DNA of 63,913 bases, filler included, from Octopus bimaculoides (taxonomy: Eukaryota): assembly GCF_001194135.2 (NCBI RefSeq). It is 6 parts of 6 records of this genome, joined end to end, with 100 filler letters (N's around TTAATTAATTAA, not from the genome) between each part and the next. Parts side by side here need not be neighbours in the genome. Positions count along the whole stretch, not along the records: positions 53,345 to 61,770 come from NC_069010.1; positions 61,871 to 63,913 come from NW_026388836.1; 4 more parts are not named here. The stretch is one strand, 5' to 3'. A model generated the notes under the pieces. The model saw only the letters and a program-made list of their open reading frames with translations. It was not told where the DNA came from and ran no database searches. Below, piece after piece: positions 61,027 to 63,913 of this stretch. How positions within the stretch are numbered: position 1 is the first letter of the stretch; every line of letters begins with the position of its first letter. Both the position numbers and the translations under genes were made by a program.

Positions 61027-61066
61027 GGCGACTCGAGTTTCAGGGCTATTTCCCTTCGTCATGGCC
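61027..61066 (-). ncRNA. minimal type-I hammerhead-ribozyme-like motif
   Basis: Minus: GGC-CATGACGA-AGGG/AAATAG/CCCT-GAA-ACTCGAGT-C-GCC. Confidence 0.5.
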
Positions 61067-61146
61067 AGTATGACAGATGCATATATATATACATATATAT
61101 ATATGCTTATATATATACACATATATATATACATATATATATGCAT

Positions 61147-61179
<33 letters not shown>

Positions 61180-61180
61180 G

Positions 61181-61213
<33 letters not shown>

Positions 61214-61499
61214 GACGCACACACACACTCCCAACTTTGACCGTCGCAAATTTTATTTTGGTACGTATGCGAGCAACTATCGTCAAAGACTCATATTTTT
61301 TATTCAATGCTCGAAATGAGGAGTAGATAGACATCCGACAATGACGAAGGGTCGTTCTTTATGTTATTTATCCCGTTTTCCATTCGTTTCTCTCGTTTGC
61401 GTATTAAACCCATTTTCTTACGTATTTCATGTTGTTTACTGTTTGGTGATGTCCAGTAACCATGTATGTATGTGTATAAATGTGTGTGTGTGTGTATAT

Positions 61500-61770
61500 A
61501 TTACTCTTTTACTTGTTTCAGTCATTTGACTGTGGCCATGCTGGAGCACCACTTTTAGTCGAACAAATCGACCCCAGGATTTGTAAGCCTAGTACTTATT
61601 CTGTCGGTCTCTCTTCGCCGAACCGCTAGGTTACGGGGACGTAAACACACCAGCATCGGTTGTCAATCGATGTTGGGGGGGGGGGGATAAACACCGACAC
61701 ACAAACACACATACATATATATATATATACATATATACGACGGGCTTCTTTCAGTTTTCGTCTACCAAAT
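61500..61770 (-). mobile_element. SINE family A 3' two-thirds
   Basis: TTACTCTTTTACTTGTTTCAGTCATTTGACTGTGGCCATGCTGGAGCACC...CGGGCTTCTTTCAGTT up to a gap. Confidence 0.88.
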
Positions 61771-61984
61771 NNNNNNNNNNNNNNNNNNNNNNNNNNNNNN
61801 NNNNNNNNNNNNNNTTAATTAATTAANNNNNNNNNNNNNNNNNNNNNNNNNNNNNNNNNNNNNNNNNNNNTTTAAAAAATACACCTATCGCAGTGTGTGT
61901 TGAAACGTAACACGCACGATAGTCGAAGGATTACTGTATATGTATGTGTGTATATATATATGTATGTGTGTATATTTATATATA

Positions 61985-62915
61985 CATTCTTTTTTGATCC
62001 TTTTCCTCATCATTGAATGTTTGATTCCATCACCTTCAAATACTCCTAGATATTTTTAGTTCTCCACTGGTTCTAACTCCTTTATGACATTCTGTTGGTC
62101 AAGATTAACGTTGGATGTTTCTGCCATTTTGCCTTTGATAAAGGTAGCTTTTACACATTTATCCTGATGTTATCACTGAATTGTTTAACAATTTTCAGTA
62201 AGCCCTGTAGTTGTTGGTCATTTTTTGCAAAGAGCTTTCAATCATTCATGTAAAAGAGATGATTTATATTTTTATCAAACATTTTATAGCCATATTGTAC
62301 ATCATCGAGTAATTTAGAGAGAGGTATTAAGGCTAGACCAAAGAGGGGTGGTGATAAAGAGTCATCCTGGAAAATGCCACATGAAGTTCTTGCATCTCCA
62401 GCATTGAGAGATTTATTGTTACTGTTCAAAGTCAGTATAGTTCTCCACGATTTCATACTTACAGACAAGGAGTTTCTCAGAGTAAGTGCTATTTTATACG
62501 TTTCCAGACATTTCTTAACCCAGCTATGTGGTAGGCTATCAAAAGGTTTTTTAAAGTCTATCCAGGCTATCGAGAAGTTTTTGTGTTATTTGTGACAATC
62601 TTCCAAGATCATCTTATTGAAGCGTAGCTGATCTTTACAATCATAGGACCCACGTTTACATCCTTTTTGCTCATTAGAGAATATGCCGGTTTCTGTTAAA
62701 AAACTATAGGTATATTCAGTCAAGACAGATGTTAGCATTTTATACATTGTTGTTAACCAGATTATGGGTCTATATTTTTTGGGGTTCATTTGTATCTTCA
62801 TTTTTTAGAAGTAGGAATGTAATACCATTAACTAGTTAAGAGGGAATGTAATACCATTAATTAGTTAAGAGAAAATAATTTCCATCCTTTCTATGTTTCA
62901 GTCTAGTTACCAACT
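61985..62915 (-). mobile_element. R4/Dong-clade non-LTR reverse transcriptase remnant
   Basis: NGITFLL.K...PKKYRPI...YKMLTS...EQKGCKRGSY.CKDQL..NKMILED...AWIDFKK.FDSLPHSW...GIFQ.DSLSP.LF.LALIPLS...HLFYM.D.KL...KYLGV; multiple stops. Confidence 0.88.
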
Positions 62916-62956
62916 CATTGTCTATGTACATATGCAGGTATATATATCTGTCTGTT

Positions 62957-62991
<35 letters not shown>

Positions 62992-63007
62992 ATGTATGTA
63001 TGTATGT

Positions 63008-63180
63008 ATGTATGTCAGAGCTAGGATGCATGCTCTGAGGAACGAAGGAGTTGGAGCCGTCTCCATCTTAGGAAGCTGGACTGACGGACCGGTTAAATTG
63101 CTCGGAGTCTGGTTCGGTCCGGACCTCCAAATGGAGAAGAACTGGGGCGAGATAATGACTAGAGTGACCACTCCAACATG
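63008..63180 (+). mobile_element. L1/Tx1-clade LINE RT C-terminal fragment
   Basis: GSWTDGPVKLLGVWFGPDLQMEKNWGEIMTRV, recalled as the post-RT K.LGVWF motif of cephalopod Tx1-like elements. Confidence 0.65.
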
Positions 63181-63189
63181 TTTCTACTG

Positions 63190-63800
63190 TGCTTCTTAAA
63201 GACTCTCTGAACTGATATTTTTAGCTCAGGATAAACCTTTTTTTACACTTGGAATTTTTCTCTGAGAACCAGTTCTTATGTTCGTCATGCTTTCTATCCA
63301 TGAGAGGCCGCTTTTAGCTTTACGACTGTTATCGTTGAACCACTCCTGATGCTTTCGAACGGGGCAATCAGAGTATTTCAAGGATAGTAGTATATGTTGC
63401 TTCTTTTACCTCAATTCTTCAAAATTTTCCACTCTTTTACATTTAACAGCGTTTCATCTAATTTATCTGAGAGCTCACGATTCTTATCCTAAACCTTGAG
63501 TGACTTGACATTTATATGTCTAGAAGCTTTGGTATTTTGATGTTCTTTTCCTAAAATTCTGAAATACTTTGCTGCACAACAAAATTGATCCGACAGTCAA
63601 CAAGTGGATACAACATCTTTTTTTATCCCTCTTGCTGGTGAATTTATAATCAATTAAATAGCAATCCTTTCAGACAGACAGCAATAATTCATCTTGTGAT
63701 TCTTTGGTGTCTACAATAGTGTGTTTGTGACAGAAAGGTCAGGTTCATTACAAAACAACAGCAGACGTAAACCATTGCTATACGTTTTGCCCACAAGTAC
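63190..63800 (-). mobile_element. RTE-clade LINE endonuclease/linker remnant
   Basis: SNGLRLLLFCNEPDLSVTNTL...LIDY..TSKRDKKDV... and KHQEWFNDN (cf. RTE NSNG..LL.FC....L..TNT, KHQDWFDEN); frameshifted. Confidence 0.75.
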
Positions 63801-63913
63801 TGTACGAGTATATTGAAATTAATTAAAATATATAAATATATTCAAAATTGCATTAAACGTGTAATTGAACTGAAACGCTTCGGATGTATTTTGTCTGAAT
63901 CCTTCGACGTGCA

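Overview
This is AT-rich, microsatellite-dense eukaryotic DNA from a gapped draft assembly. The repeat families (tRNA-headed SINEs with CORE-like and other modules, RTE/CR1/R4-Dong/Tx1 LINE remnants, mariner) fit a coleoid cephalopod, most likely Octopus; this is recognition from memory, not a database match. No intact host protein-coding gene can be supported. Most long ORFs in the track are microsatellite or N-gap artefacts, and the real coding signal is decayed transposon protein. Best leads: (1) a 588-bp non-autonomous element with perfect 37-bp GG-terminated TIRs, a perfect 8-bp TSD and a near-central (CCCTAA)n/(TTAGGG)n palindrome, plus a Merlin/ISXO2 transposase remnant in the same window; (2) several unrelated minimal hammerhead-ribozyme-like motifs with palindromic helix III, one as a tandem dimer; (3) all four combinations of two SINE bodies and two SINE tails; (4) a LINE/SINE shared 3' stem-loop with a compensatory base pair; (5) a CR1-like LINE that keeps its endonuclease but has lost the whole RT; (6) a candidate recursive (AG|GTAAG) splice site; (7) apparent alternating CpG-poor and CpG-retaining domains. 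Most boundaries are approximate (about +/-10-20 bp) unless a motif is quoted.
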